The notes: a model not told the origin generated them from the sequence alone. Shown: positions 19,170 to 29,870, numbered from the stretch's first letter. The stretch is 64,000 nt of DNA from an uncultured bacterium (GCA_966128725.1 CBHYLN010000007.1:1031-65030), one strand, 5' to 3'. A program made the numbers and translations.

Positions 19170-19419
19170 CGGTCGATGTTGCTGAGGGTTGTGCAGCGGC
19201 CCCGGGTATGTGCCACGGCGCCGTGCGCCACGGGATGCGTGTTTGCCGGGGGCAATGCGGGGATGTTGGCGGACTGTTGACCAATGTCACTCGCGGCGTT
19301 GGCCCGCACGGTAGCTCACGGCGACGTTCAAAAGGGCGCCTCATTCGCGTCCGGTTGGCCGCCTTGCAGCCCGCTGTTGCTGAACGGACTGAGGGCCTTG
19401 CAGGTAGTTCAACCGGCTG

Positions 19420-21162
19420 TTACGGTGCCGTTCCCGCTTCGGCCCCAACAGTAGTGCGGATGAACTGCCGCACCGCTTCCCCGTTCCCCAGGCGTAGCGC
19501 CACGCGCGCGCGTTCGCGTGCACTTGCGGCATCAACCGAGCGTATGCGCATCTTCAGCGCGCCCAGCGCAAGGGGTTGCACCGAGAACCGGCGGATGCCG
19601 ATCCCGATAAGGATTTCCGTGGCCAGGGGATTGGCAGCCAGTTCGCCGCAGATCGTGACCGGGATGCCGGCGCGCTCGGCCGCCAATGCCGTTGCGCGGA
19701 TCAGCCGCAGCACGGCCGGATGCAGATCGTCGTAATAGCGGGCCATGGCATCGTCCGACCGATCCACCGCCAGCGTGTACTGGGCCAGGTCATTGGTGCC
19801 CAGCGAGAAGAAGTCGAACACGGTTGCCAGCGCATCGGCGGTAACCGCGGCGGCAGGCGTTTCAATCATCGCCCCTATCCGGATGTGCTCGTCGAACAGC
19901 ACCCCCTCGGCGCGAAGGCGTGCGCGCACCTCGTCGAGGATCTCGCGAAACGGGATCATCTCCTCAACCGACGTTACCATCGGCAGCATGATCCTGAGGT
20001 TCTTCATGCTGGACGCGCGGAGGATTGCCTCCAGTTGATGCGCCAGTATGGCCGGGCGCTCCAGCAGCAATCGCAGGCCGCGAAGGCCCAGCGGCGACGT
20101 GCTTGGGCCGGCCACATCATCGGCCAGCTTGTCGCTTCCGATATCAAGCAGTCTGAACGTGACGGCCATGGGATAGGCTCGTTCGGCCAGTTGGCGATAA
20201 TAGGCCACCTGGCCGGCAACGTCGATTTCCTCGTTGCGTCCCATCACCAGATATTCGGTGCGCATCAGGCCAATCTCCTCGGCACCGTTTTCGATGGCCG
20301 CGCCCACCTCGTCGATCATATCCAGATTTGCCGCGATCACGATACGCTCGCCATCCAGCGTCTCGGCCGGCAGATGGCGCAACTCGCCAAGCTGCGCGCG
20401 CTGCGCTTCCAGATCCTCCTTCTTTTGCCGATACCGTGCGATGGTCTGCTCGGTGGGGTCCACCACCAGCGTGCCCGTGTAGCCGTCGACAATCATCACC
20501 GCGTGCGGGCGGGCGATCTTGCTGACATCGCGCGCGCACACCACCATCGGTATGCCGAATGCCCGTGCCAGAATTGCCGAGTGCGAATTGATGCCGCCGG
20601 TCTCCAGCACAAACGCCGATGCCTTGTTGCGCGAATACAGCACCGTGTCGCTGGGGCTCATCGATGTAAGCACCAGCACCGCATCGTTATGGAAGTCGTG
20701 GTCGGCCGGTGTCTTCAGCAGGCAGGCAATCAGGTGTGCCTGAAGCGAACGGATATCCTCGACGCGCGAACGCATGGTCTCGTCGGCCGCGTTGCCGAAT
20801 ATCTCGGCCAGGCGATTCATTTCGGCGGCGATTGCCGTTTGCGCATTGGTTCGGGCGGAGCGGATATGACCCTCGATGCCGGCGCAGAGCGATGGGTCCA
20901 TAAGGATCATCCGCAGGGCCTCGAATATCTCGGCGCTGTCGTTGATGTCCTCGCGTGCCATCGCCTCGATGCGCTCCAGCGCGCGGTCGGCCTCGGCAAT
21001 CGCGCCGTGCAGCCTTCCGATTTCGATGTCGATCTCCTCGTCGTCCAGGGTGTGGGTGCGTGTTGCCAGCGTCTCCTTCTGCGCAAGGATGCGCGCGTGC
21101 GCGATGGCAATCCCACCCGATGCGGGGATTCCCTCAATCACACGCTCTGTACGGCACTCCAT
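19420..21162 (-). CDS. ptsI: Phosphoenolpyruvate-protein phosphotransferase (PTS enzyme I)
   Basis: GIPASGGIAI, GGINSHSAILAR (phospho-His), IGLMRTE, LGLRGLR, MIETP, SLGTNDLAQY, ICGE. Confidence 0.93.
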   Translation of the reverse strand: MECRTERVIEGIPASGGIAIAHARILAQKETLATRTHTLDDEEIDIEIGRLHGAIAEADRALERIEAMAREDINDSAEIFEALRMILMDPSLCAGIEGHIRSARTNAQTAIAAEMNRLAEIFGNAADETMRSRVEDIRSLQAHLIACLLKTPADHDFHNDAVLVLTSMSPSDTVLYSRNKASAFVLETGGINSHSAILARAFGIPMVVCARDVSKIARPHAVMIVDGYTGTLVVDPTEQTIARYRQKKEDLEAQRAQLGELRHLPAETLDGERIVIAANLDMIDEVGAAIENGAEEIGLMRTEYLVMGRNEEIDVAGQVAYYRQLAERAYPMAVTFRLLDIGSDKLADDVAGPSTSPLGLRGLRLLLERPAILAHQLEAILRASSMKNLRIMLPMVTSVEEMIPFREILDEVRARLRAEGVLFDEHIRIGAMIETPAAAVTADALATVFDFFSLGTNDLAQYTLAVDRSDDAMARYYDDLHPAVLRLIRATALAAERAGIPVTICGELAANPLATEILIGIGIRRFSVQPLALGALKMRIRSVDAASARERARVALRLGNGEAVRQFIRTTVGAEAGTAP

Positions 21163-21463
21163 GTCGGTCAACTCACTCACGCCAACTCCATCCGGAACAA
21201 TGGGCCGGGGCCACGAAGAACCCGTGCCGCGCCATGCCATGATAACGGCATGATTGCGCGCGTTCCAGCCCACGATTGCTTATAGCACACTGTATGCACA
21301 CAAGATACATGGTGGGGTAGGAACATCACAGCCACGACATAATTACCATCGCCGTTTGTTTTGCCCGGATGGAACTGTTCGGGAAGCTCTGCATGGAACT
21401 GTTCGCCGGAGTTCGCCAGCCCCGTACGCGATGGGCCGCCGCCGGGTGGCCCATCGGCAGCCG

Positions 21464-22873
21464 TCAGCCCAGGCCCGGCCGTGCTTCAAGTGCGGCGGCC
21501 AGTTTTGCATGTATGCCGCCGAAGCCGCCGTTCGACATAACCGCCACAACATCCCCCGGCTGCGTGTGTTGCCCCAGGTATTCGGCAATCCGTGCGGCAT
21601 CGGCAAGGAAATGCGCGTTGATGCCACGTTCGCGAAGGTCGGCTATCAATGCGTCGGGGTTCAGCCGTTCGTGGGCCGGCAGTTCGGCCAGCCGATCAAC
21701 CTGTGCCAGCAGCACCGCGTCGGCATCGGCGAAACATGCCGCCAATTCCTTCTGGAACACATGCCGTCGCGTTGTGTTGCTGCGCGGCTCGAACACCGCC
21801 CACAGCCGTTCGTTGGGATGCCGCAAGCGCAGCGCGCGCAGCGTCTCGCGAATCGCGGTCGGGTGGTGCGCGAAGTCGTCGTATACGGTTACGCCGCCAA
21901 TCACGCCTTTCAGTTCGAGCCTGCGTTTGGTGTTGCGGAACGTCGAGAACGCGGCGTTGATGGCCTCGTAGCTCAGGCCAAGCGTGCGGGCGATAACCGC
22001 AACGCCCAGCGCATTGCGCACGTTGAACTCGCCCGGCAGCGCCACGGTGATGCGCGCCTCGGTGTGCTGATTGTGCACGATGTCGAACGTTGTGGAATCG
22101 GCATCGTACGCGATGTTCTCCGCACGCCACGCGCAGGCCGCGCCCAGGCCGAACGTTTCGACCGCCGAGAACGCCGCCGACGTAGCCGCAAGGGCGTTGG
22201 GGTCGTCGCCGTTGACAACAATGGTGCCGCTGCCGGGAACGATGTTTACCAGGCGCCGGAACGAGAGCATGATATCGTCCAGCGAATCGAAAATGTCTGC
22301 ATGGTCGAATTCGATGTTGTTCACCAGCAGAATCGTCGGCAGGTAGTGCACGAACTTGGATCGCTTGTCGAAGAACGCGGTGTCGTATTCGTCGCCTTCC
22401 AGCACAACCACGTCGCTGTGGGCGCGATACTGCCATCCGGCCTGGAAGTTGCCCGGGACGCCACCGATCATGAAGTTCGGTTCCAAGCCCGCGTGCTCAA
22501 GCGTCCAGGCCGCCAACGACGACGTCGTGGTTTTGCCATGTGTGCCGCACATCACGATCGACCGCCGGCCCTGGATAAGCTCGCGCTTCAGCAGTTCGGG
22601 CAGCGATGTGTAGGCCAACCGGCGATCCAGCACGGCCTCGACCTCCGCGTTGCCGCGCGACATCCGGTTGCCGATCACAACCAGATCGGGCGCGGGCTCC
22701 AGATTGTGCGGGCCGAAGCCCTGAGCGATGGCCACGCCTGCATCGGCGAGCAGATCGCTCATCGGCGGATAGATGTTCTCGTCGCTTCCGGTAACCGTGT
22801 GCCCGATCGCGCGCATCATCAACGCGACGTTTCCCATCGCGGTGCCGCAGATGCCGACAAAGTGTATGTGCAT
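21464..22873 (-). CDS. mpl: UDP-N-acetylmuramate:L-Ala-gamma-D-Glu-meso-DAP ligase
   Basis: HIHFVGICGTAMG, GTHGKTTT, EGDEYDTAFFDKRSKF, DDFAHHPTAI, FEPRSNT, MSNGGFGGIH. Confidence 0.95.
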   Translation of the reverse strand: MHIHFVGICGTAMGNVALMMRAIGHTVTGSDENIYPPMSDLLADAGVAIAQGFGPHNLEPAPDLVVIGNRMSRGNAEVEAVLDRRLAYTSLPELLKRELIQGRRSIVMCGTHGKTTTSSLAAWTLEHAGLEPNFMIGGVPGNFQAGWQYRAHSDVVVLEGDEYDTAFFDKRSKFVHYLPTILLVNNIEFDHADIFDSLDDIMLSFRRLVNIVPGSGTIVVNGDDPNALAATSAAFSAVETFGLGAACAWRAENIAYDADSTTFDIVHNQHTEARITVALPGEFNVRNALGVAVIARTLGLSYEAINAAFSTFRNTKRRLELKGVIGGVTVYDDFAHHPTAIRETLRALRLRHPNERLWAVFEPRSNTTRRHVFQKELAACFADADAVLLAQVDRLAELPAHERLNPDALIADLRERGINAHFLADAARIAEYLGQHTQPGDVVAVMSNGGFGGIHAKLAAALEARPGLG

Positions 22874-22909
22874 GTCCTAAGGCTGAACGTGATCCTGATT
22901 GGAGAGGGG

Positions 22910-22917
22910 CAAAGATA
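22910..22917 (-). promoter_or_regulatory. Bacteroidetes-type -7 promoter element (TATCTTTG) for mpl
   Basis: Exact TAnnTTTG 37 nt upstream of the mpl start; the same octamer precedes tal (40994-41001, -) and the TonB receptor (35072-35079, +). Confidence 0.6.
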
Positions 22918-22991
22918 TCACGAGCCGGCCTGTGGTGCATGTGTTTGCGGGTGCAGAGCGCCTTCATTCCCCCTTTCGTAGTTTCGCCGGT

Positions 22992-23867
22992 ATGAACCAT
23001 CCGCTCGAAGCCGATCGTACGTATGCATTGCACGAGGCCTACGCCCATTGCGAGGCGATCGCGCGCGCGCACTACGAGAACTTCCCGGTTGGCTCCGTCC
23101 TGGTACCGAAGCGGTTGCGCAAGCACTTCTACAGCGTCTACGCCTACAGTCGCGGCGCCGACGACATTGCCGACGAAGGCGACCGCACGGCCGAGGAGCG
23201 TATCGCGGCCCTGGATGCCTGGGAGGCGATGCTTGACCAGGCGTACAACGGCAGCGCCCGCCATCCCGTATTTGTGGCTCTGGGCGCCACCGTGCGCGAG
23301 CTGAACATCCCCAGCGAACCGTTCCGCGATCTGCTGCGCGCGTTTCGCCTTGATGCCCATAACCGGGGGTATGAAACGATGGACGACCTTCTGGCATACT
23401 GCCGGTGGTCGGCCGATCCGGTGGGCCGTCTGGTGCTGCACCTGTTCGGGTTGGCCACGCCCGATCGGCTTCCGCTGTCCGATGCGATCTGCACGGCGTT
23501 GCAGTTGGCGAACTTCTGGCAGGATGTTTCGGTCGATCTTCCGCGTGGCCGCGCGAACATTCCGCGCGCGGTGCTGCGGCAGTTCGGCTGTACCGAGCTC
23601 GATCTGCGTGCCCCCAGTGCCAACCCTCAGGTCCGCGCGATGATGGCCCATCTGGTTGCCGATGCTCAGGAACGCTTCGCATACGGACGGAGATTGCTTG
23701 GCTCCGTTCCGGTTTGGCGGCTTCGGATGGAATTGCGGCTTGTGGTGCTTGGCGGCGAGCGTGTGCTGGCCAAGATTCGCAGCCAGCACTACGACGTGCT
23801 GGCCGTCCGTCCTTCGCTTGGCCTGTTGGATAAGCTTCGGATGGCGGCGCGTTTGGTGATCCCATGA
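22992..23867 (+). CDS. hpnC: Squalene synthase HpnC
   Basis: HYENFPVGS, YAYSRGADDIADEG, YCRWSADPVGRLVL, SDAICTALQLANFWQD. Confidence 0.9.
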   Translation: MNHPLEADRTYALHEAYAHCEAIARAHYENFPVGSVLVPKRLRKHFYSVYAYSRGADDIADEGDRTAEERIAALDAWEAMLDQAYNGSARHPVFVALGATVRELNIPSEPFRDLLRAFRLDAHNRGYETMDDLLAYCRWSADPVGRLVLHLFGLATPDRLPLSDAICTALQLANFWQDVSVDLPRGRANIPRAVLRQFGCTELDLRAPSANPQVRAMMAHLVADAQERFAYGRRLLGSVPVWRLRMELRLVVLGGERVLAKIRSQHYDVLAVRPSLGLLDKLRMAARLVIP

Positions 23868-24050
23868 TCACGTAGCAAGCCGCGGCCCGTCTCGCGTTTT
23901 CCGGCGATCGTGTTGCCGTGGCGCGATCCCGTGTCATCTATCGTGGCATGCGTCGATATGATGAATTTGGCGCCGATCCGGGCGATGCCCTTGCTCGGCA
24001 GGAAAAAAATTGCTTATATCATCGTCCCGTATTAACCGAGGCGACGTTCG

Positions 24051-24965
24051 ATGCCGAATCTGGTGGTTTCCGATACCGAAAATGCCGCGCTGACGCTTCA
24101 GCAGTCGAAGACGAATTTCTACTATTCGTTTTCGTTGCTGCCGCGTGATGAGCGCGAGGCAATGCATTCGGTATACGCATTCTGCCGATACGCCGATGAC
24201 ATCATCGACGAGGACGAAAGCCAGCCAGAGGCGGCCGAGCCGTCGATGCGCGTTGTGCGCAAGCGCGAACGCCTGAACCGGTTGCGGCTGGAGGTTGAGC
24301 GTTGTTATCGTGGGGAGTCGCGCCATCCCATTCTGATGCCGCTGTCAACGGTGGTTCGCCGGTTCAACATCCCGAAGCAGTACTTCCTGACGCTGCTGGA
24401 TGGTATGGAGATGGATCTGGTGAAGGATCGCTATCAGACCTTCGATGAGCTGCGCGACTATTGTTATTGCGTGGCGTCGGTGGTGGGGCTGATCTGCATC
24501 GAGATCTTCGGGTATCAGTACGAGGAGACGAAGGAATACGCGGTGAATCTTGGCATCGCATTGCAGCTTACCAACATCCTGCGTGATATCAAGCCCGATG
24601 CCCAGCAGGGGCGCATCTACCTCCCGATGGAGGATCTGCATGCCTTTGGATACACCGAGGGCGATCTGTTGGCCAATCGCTACAGCCTGCCGTTCATCGA
24701 GCTGATGCGGTTTGAAACGCGGCGTGCCCGCGAGTACTACGGCAAGGCCCGTGCGGCCCTGCGCCCGGATGAACGCAAGACCATGTTCGCGGCCGAGATC
24801 ATGGATGCGATTTATTATCGCATGCTCGAGAAGATCGAGCTCCACGAGTTCAACGTATATGGCCGCAAGAAGATCGGCGTGAGCACCCCTCACAAGCTGT
24901 GGATTGCCGCCAAGCTCTGGCTGGTGACCCGTGTGCTCACCAACAGGAAAACCCCCGTCGATTGA
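24051..24965 (+). CDS. hpnD: Presqualene diphosphate synthase HpnD (squalene/phytoene synthase family)
   Basis: SKTNFYYSF, YAFCRYADDIID, GMEMDL, YCYCVASVVG, LGIALQLTNILRD..GRIYLP; adjacent to hpnC. Confidence 0.85.
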   Translation: MPNLVVSDTENAALTLQQSKTNFYYSFSLLPRDEREAMHSVYAFCRYADDIIDEDESQPEAAEPSMRVVRKRERLNRLRLEVERCYRGESRHPILMPLSTVVRRFNIPKQYFLTLLDGMEMDLVKDRYQTFDELRDYCYCVASVVGLICIEIFGYQYEETKEYAVNLGIALQLTNILRDIKPDAQQGRIYLPMEDLHAFGYTEGDLLANRYSLPFIELMRFETRRAREYYGKARAALRPDERKTMFAAEIMDAIYYRMLEKIELHEFNVYGRKKIGVSTPHKLWIAAKLWLVTRVLTNRKTPVD

Positions 24966-25016
24966 ATCCGGCATCGTCTGGCGAGGACCACAGTCCATCT
25001 CGAATACTTGGCCCGT

Positions 25017-26087
25017 ATGAATATTCGCATGCTTCGGTATTTCTGCTGCACCGTGGTGCTTTCGTGGCTGGTGGCCGGTTGCTCCGGCAAGGGGCCAAGC
25101 GTTGTTGACCCCGAGATCAATCGCCGCGCGCAGCAGTCGCTGTTGGCGGTCGATCGCGGTGGTGCAGGCGAGTTGGTCCGTTTCAGCGAGCTGGACAGTT
25201 CCTATGCCGTGGACGAATACGCCGCCGCCAATGGGGAGGCGCTGGGCAAGGCCGTGGATGCCGTCTACTCCTATGGTGACTATCTCTATCTCCACCATCG
25301 CGATAATGGCTCGATCACGAAGCTGGCCCTTGCCACGCGCAAGAAGGCTGCGCTGATTGAAGGCTTTCCGAGCAAGGGCGACGGGCAGATGTGCAGCATG
25401 GCGTTCAGCAACTCGTCTCAGGGGTGGGTGGTGTGTTATGGCTCGAAGAACCTGTTCCATGTTGACACCTACTTCGGCGTTGTTGCCGATACGATAGCGC
25501 TTCCGGGCAACCCTACCTGCGTGGCCACCAGCGGGACGTACGTGTTTGTCTGCATGGAGAATGCCGACGGAACCGGCGCCATCGCGGTTATCAGGAGCAA
25601 TCTTGGCGGCGTGTTCACGATCGAGAAGACAATTGCCCTGCCTTCGCCGGGGATCTTTGCCACGCATACCGCCGATAGCCGCGATCTTGTGGTGCTCACC
25701 GCCGGCAATGCCTCGGTAAAGCCCGGGGTTACCTACATCGGCCTCACGTCGCTCGACGTCCGGTTCAGCGACGACATCGAGGCTGCACCCCTGACAGGCT
25801 ACCTTGGCAAGGAGCCCACCTACGTGGCCTATACGCGAATCGACAACATGTACGTGGCGCTGCCCGACATGGTGGTGCAGATTCCGTTCGGCGCTCGCCC
25901 GTACGAATGGCTTACCGGCAACTACTCGGTGATTGGCGCCGACCCCGGCACCGACCTGTTCTATGCATACGCGCCCGGATCGAACACGATCAAGCGCCTG
26001 ACAGCCGACCAAGTCGAGATCCCGGATCTGCCGGTGCCTGCGGCGATTCGCGCGATCTTCTTCCTGGGTACCAATCAGGTGCGCTGA
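25017..26087 (+). CDS. Lipoprotein, beta-propeller-like (YncE-like)
   Basis: Lipobox LVAGC; repeated short beta-strand blades. Confidence 0.65.
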   Translation: MNIRMLRYFCCTVVLSWLVAGCSGKGPSVVDPEINRRAQQSLLAVDRGGAGELVRFSELDSSYAVDEYAAANGEALGKAVDAVYSYGDYLYLHHRDNGSITKLALATRKKAALIEGFPSKGDGQMCSMAFSNSSQGWVVCYGSKNLFHVDTYFGVVADTIALPGNPTCVATSGTYVFVCMENADGTGAIAVIRSNLGGVFTIEKTIALPSPGIFATHTADSRDLVVLTAGNASVKPGVTYIGLTSLDVRFSDDIEAAPLTGYLGKEPTYVAYTRIDNMYVALPDMVVQIPFGARPYEWLTGNYSVIGADPGTDLFYAYAPGSNTIKRLTADQVEIPDLPVPAAIRAIFFLGTNQVR

Positions 26088-26226
26088 TTCGTGAGTTGCC
26101 GATGTGCCCGTATCGTGCGTAATCTTTGATCGCCCCGCGAAGGCCAGCCCCCTCGCGGGGCGATCGCCATAGTACCGGCGCCGTGCGCCGCTTTCCTCTT
26201 GATAGCCGGACCCCGAAACGCTCGTT

Positions 26227-27753
26227 ATGATCCGAACGCAATCGAACGTGGACCGACGCAGTCTGTACTGGCTGCTGCTGCTGGTGCTCGCCACTGTTGT
26301 GCTGTACCTGCCGGGGGTGCATATCTGGTATTACGGCGACGATTTCCAGTATCTGTACAGGGATCCCGCGCAGAAGATTCTCTACTTCTTCCATCACCGC
26401 AACCTCTTCCACGGTTTCTATCGGCCGGTGAACTCGTCGATCATCGCGATCACGCAGACCCTGGCCGGTTGGGAAACGTGGCCGATTCACCTTGTAAGCA
26501 TGGTGGTGCATGGGGTGCTTGCTTGGATGGTGTATGCGTTCATGAAGCGCGAGCGATTTACCACGGTGCAGGCGATGATGGCCTCGGCCTTCATGGTGAT
26601 TTCGCAGGAGAACGCGAGCGGGGTGCTGAGCGTGGACACGTTCTCGCAGGTGAGCGGCACGTTTTTTGGTTGCGTGACGCTGTGGTTGCTGTACCGTGGT
26701 TCCCGCAACGGGCCACCGGATAACGATCCAACCCGGCCCGTGCTGGCCACGACCGATTACCTGCTGGCGTTGGTGTCGTTTGCGTTCTGCCTGGCCTCGA
26801 AGGAGACCAGTGTGGGGTATCTGCCAATAGTCGGGCTTCTGTTGCTGGCGCTCAATCGCGGGCCTTCGGCCTTCTCCAAGCGGTTTGTGCGCGCGGTGGT
26901 GCAGGGGCTGCCGTTCCTGGCGATGACCGTTTTCTACATGTGGTTCCGTGCCTCGATCGGGCTGTCGCAACCCAGCGGCGGGGGCGGCACCTACGGGTTC
27001 AGTGTTGGCTTGAACGTTGTCCGCAATGCGGCGCAATTCCTGTTCGCGGCCATCCTGCCGGCCTCCAGCGCCGATGCATTCGTGGCGGTCACCAATCGCG
27101 AGATGCTGCCGCTGGCACTGATGGTGGGCGGCTCGCTTGTCTTCCTCGCCGTGGTGGTATACGGGCTTTGGAAAGGCGGGCGGCATCGTTCGTACCTGTT
27201 GCTTGGCGTCTTCGCCATTGCGGGGCTGTTCCCCGCGATGCTGATGAATCATGTGGGCGAGCTGTACCTGTACAACTCCATGCCGTTTATCTCGGTGTTT
27301 GTTGGCGCGGGATTGGGCACGCTTGTTGCCCGCTCGGCCGGCCGGCGGGGTATGTCCATCCTGTTCGGTGCGTTCCTGCTCGGGCTGGTGATTTCGCATA
27401 CGGTGGCGATTCATCGCAAGGCGCAGGAGATGGTCGCCAACGGCCGCAGCGCTCGCCGTCTGCTTGGCGAGCTGATGCCGTACGTGAAGCAGATGCCGCC
27501 GAACGGTCGCCTGCTGCTGCTGAATCCCCCGAACACACGCCCGGAATACTCCGTGTTTCTGCTGAACGATTTCGGCGTGTTCCGTTGGGGCGAACACGTT
27601 CTGGGGCAGGAGGCCGGGCGTCCGGATGTGGATGCCGCGGTAGTGGAGCAGGCCGAACTGGGCAGTCCTCGCTTTGCGAACGCGTCGTTGGTGCTGACGC
27701 TGCGGAACGACTCGCTGGTAGTGTATCAACGTGCCGGATCGGCGCATCCGTAA
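26227..27753 (+). CDS. Multi-pass membrane protein, probable GT-C glycosyltransferase
   Basis: DD after TM1 (YYGDDF), FYRPV, LASKE motif, many TM segments. Confidence 0.7.
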   Translation: MIRTQSNVDRRSLYWLLLLVLATVVLYLPGVHIWYYGDDFQYLYRDPAQKILYFFHHRNLFHGFYRPVNSSIIAITQTLAGWETWPIHLVSMVVHGVLAWMVYAFMKRERFTTVQAMMASAFMVISQENASGVLSVDTFSQVSGTFFGCVTLWLLYRGSRNGPPDNDPTRPVLATTDYLLALVSFAFCLASKETSVGYLPIVGLLLLALNRGPSAFSKRFVRAVVQGLPFLAMTVFYMWFRASIGLSQPSGGGGTYGFSVGLNVVRNAAQFLFAAILPASSADAFVAVTNREMLPLALMVGGSLVFLAVVVYGLWKGGRHRSYLLLGVFAIAGLFPAMLMNHVGELYLYNSMPFISVFVGAGLGTLVARSAGRRGMSILFGAFLLGLVISHTVAIHRKAQEMVANGRSARRLLGELMPYVKQMPPNGRLLLLNPPNTRPEYSVFLLNDFGVFRWGEHVLGQEAGRPDVDAAVVEQAELGSPRFANASLVLTLRNDSLVVYQRAGSAHP

Positions 27754-27852
27754 GCAAGGCATGGCCCGCGCGTGGCGCAATCGTCGCATGTCCTGGCCCT
27801 GCCGCGAGTCGGTGGTGTGTAGTTCCGTTCAATCAGTGTAGTTTCGCGCGCC

Positions 27853-28314
27853 ATGGGCAATCCATTCACGATACATGAACGCGTCCGTTGGATTGACTGC
27901 GATGCAGCGCAGATCATCTATTACGGCGCCTACATACGGTTCTTCGAGATCGCCGAAACCGAGATGTACCGCTCGGTTGGGCTGCCCTACGCCAAGGCAT
28001 TCGGAACGCTGGGCTGCTTCCCGATACGCGCGGCCTACCATTGCGAATACAAACAGCCGCCAACGCTGGACGACGAGATGGAGATCAGCGTGTGGGTGAG
28101 CCACTGGGGAACCACGTCGTTCACGGTGTCGTTCCGGTTCGTGTTGGCGGCAACCGGAGCCCTGCTGGCCGAAGGCTACTGCCGGCAGGTGACCGTTGGC
28201 CTTACCGATAAGAAGAAGATCCCCATTCCGGATATCCTGCGTTCGGCCCTGGCGCCGTACACCGTGATAACGGCCGACGGTCCATCCGATGGCGTGGCTG
28301 CCGTGGGCGCGTGA
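27853..28314 (+). CDS. Acyl-CoA thioesterase (YbgC/FcbC hotdog family)
   Basis: RVRWIDCDAAQIIYYGAYIRFFE motif. Confidence 0.88.
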   Translation: MGNPFTIHERVRWIDCDAAQIIYYGAYIRFFEIAETEMYRSVGLPYAKAFGTLGCFPIRAAYHCEYKQPPTLDDEMEISVWVSHWGTTSFTVSFRFVLAATGALLAEGYCRQVTVGLTDKKKIPIPDILRSALAPYTVITADGPSDGVAAVGA

Positions 28315-28403
28315 TCGATCCGCAATAACCTCCGTACCTTCACTCCGTGCGCCGTGGCATCCGTCTGGCGCTGGCATCCCGAACGTTCTCGCATACAATC
28401 CCG

Positions 28404-29408
28404 ATGAATCGAACTCCACTTGCTGTATCACACCGCAGCGGCCGTGTTGATGCTCTGCACTATGGCTCGGTGGCTGTTGTTGACCTCAATGGAACCGTTA
28501 TCCATGCGGTGAACGATCCGCACTTCCCCACGTATCTCCGCTCGTCGAGCAAGATGTTTCAGGCGCTGCCGGTGGTGCTGAGCTGCGCGGCCGACCGGTT
28601 CTCCTTCGATGCTTCCGAGCTTGCCGTGTGCTGCGCAAGCCATGTGGGCGCCGATTATCACCTGGCGACGGTGTCGCGAATGCTTGGCAAAATCGGCCTG
28701 GGCGAAGCCCACCTGGGCTGTGGTGCCCACGAGCCGGATGACCGCGCCGAACGCAAGCGCCTGATATGTTCGGACACCGCCCCAACACAACTGCATAACA
28801 ATTGCTCGGGCAAACACGCCGGGATGCTTGCGGCGTGCCTGGCCAGCGATTGGCCGGTGGAGACGTATCTGGCCATCGAGCATCCGCTGCAACAGTGGAT
28901 ACTGGACTTGATGGCCGAGTACTCCGGCATCAGGCGCGAGCACATCGGGATCGGTATCGATGGCTGTTCGCTGCCGGCGCTGTACATGCCGATTTCCGGG
29001 ATCGCGACCGCGCTGGCCCGCTTTGTGGGCAAGGCGAAGGATATCGATGGCGCCGAACGCCGCATCATGGCCGCGGTGAACCAGCATCCCGAGATGATCA
29101 ACGATGCAGGCGCCTTCGACACCGAACTGGTGCGGGCACTGCGGGGGCGTGCGATCGCGAAGCGGGGGGCGATGGCGATTTTTGTTGTGGGCCTTGATAC
29201 CGAACGCTACGGTCCGATTGGCGTGGCCGTGAAGCTGGAGGATGGGAACATGGCGCCCATGCCGATCGTGGTGATGAAGGTGCTGCAGGAGATCGGTGTG
29301 TTAAGCGAAGAGGAGCTCGATCGGCTGGCCTCGTTCCGTACCATGCGGCTCAGCAACTGGCGCGGAATGGATATTGGCGAGGTTGCCACGAACTTCCAGC
29401 TGCATTAA
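28404..29408 (+). CDS. L-asparaginase II (rhizobial type)
   Basis: RSSSKMFQALP, CASH.G..H, NNCSGKHAGML, DGCSLP. Confidence 0.88.
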   Translation: MNRTPLAVSHRSGRVDALHYGSVAVVDLNGTVIHAVNDPHFPTYLRSSSKMFQALPVVLSCAADRFSFDASELAVCCASHVGADYHLATVSRMLGKIGLGEAHLGCGAHEPDDRAERKRLICSDTAPTQLHNNCSGKHAGMLAACLASDWPVETYLAIEHPLQQWILDLMAEYSGIRREHIGIGIDGCSLPALYMPISGIATALARFVGKAKDIDGAERRIMAAVNQHPEMINDAGAFDTELVRALRGRAIAKRGAMAIFVVGLDTERYGPIGVAVKLEDGNMAPMPIVVMKVLQEIGVLSEEELDRLASFRTMRLSNWRGMDIGEVATNFQLH

Positions 29409-29444
29409 CTGGCAGGCCAACATCGGCCGCCTGTGTTGCCGTGG

Positions 29445-29870
29445 CTAATTGTTCGAGGCGCCCTCGTTGATCCACACGGCGATGCCGTGTGCCTGCGCGG
29501 GCGTCACCAATCGTGCAATATTGGCCGGCGCATGCGGAAGGCGTTCGCTCACCACCTGCCACAGAATGCTCCCCGTGGAATCGCCCGGGTGTACCAGGCC
29601 CGGCGTGGCGAACAGGTCGATGTAGGACGCGAAGCTCACCGTGCCTGCGCGGTCGATAGCGTTATGGCATCCGCTGTCGGTGCAGCCAAGCTCCAGCAGT
29701 GGCCTCACCTGGCGCCCGAAGCTGACGTTCGTGGCCGGGAACACCACGTCGCCGGGGCTGGTGATTGCTCCGGTCTCGCAGGCGGACAGCCACAGGCCCA
29801 TGACGCCAATCAGGCATGCAAGAAACACGGCCGGGCCACGCCCGTGGATATGTGTGTTGGTTGTATTCAT
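29445..29870 (-). CDS. Lipoprotein with cytochrome-c-like domain (CxxxxCH)
   Basis: Lipobox LSAC; VSFGRQVRPLL..CTDSGCH..VHPGDSTGSIL..WINEGA resembles planctomycete-type cytochrome c domains. Confidence 0.65.
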   Translation of the reverse strand: MNTTNTHIHGRGPAVFLACLIGVMGLWLSACETGAITSPGDVVFPATNVSFGRQVRPLLELGCTDSGCHNAIDRAGTVSFASYIDLFATPGLVHPGDSTGSILWQVVSERLPHAPANIARLVTPAQAHGIAVWINEGASNN

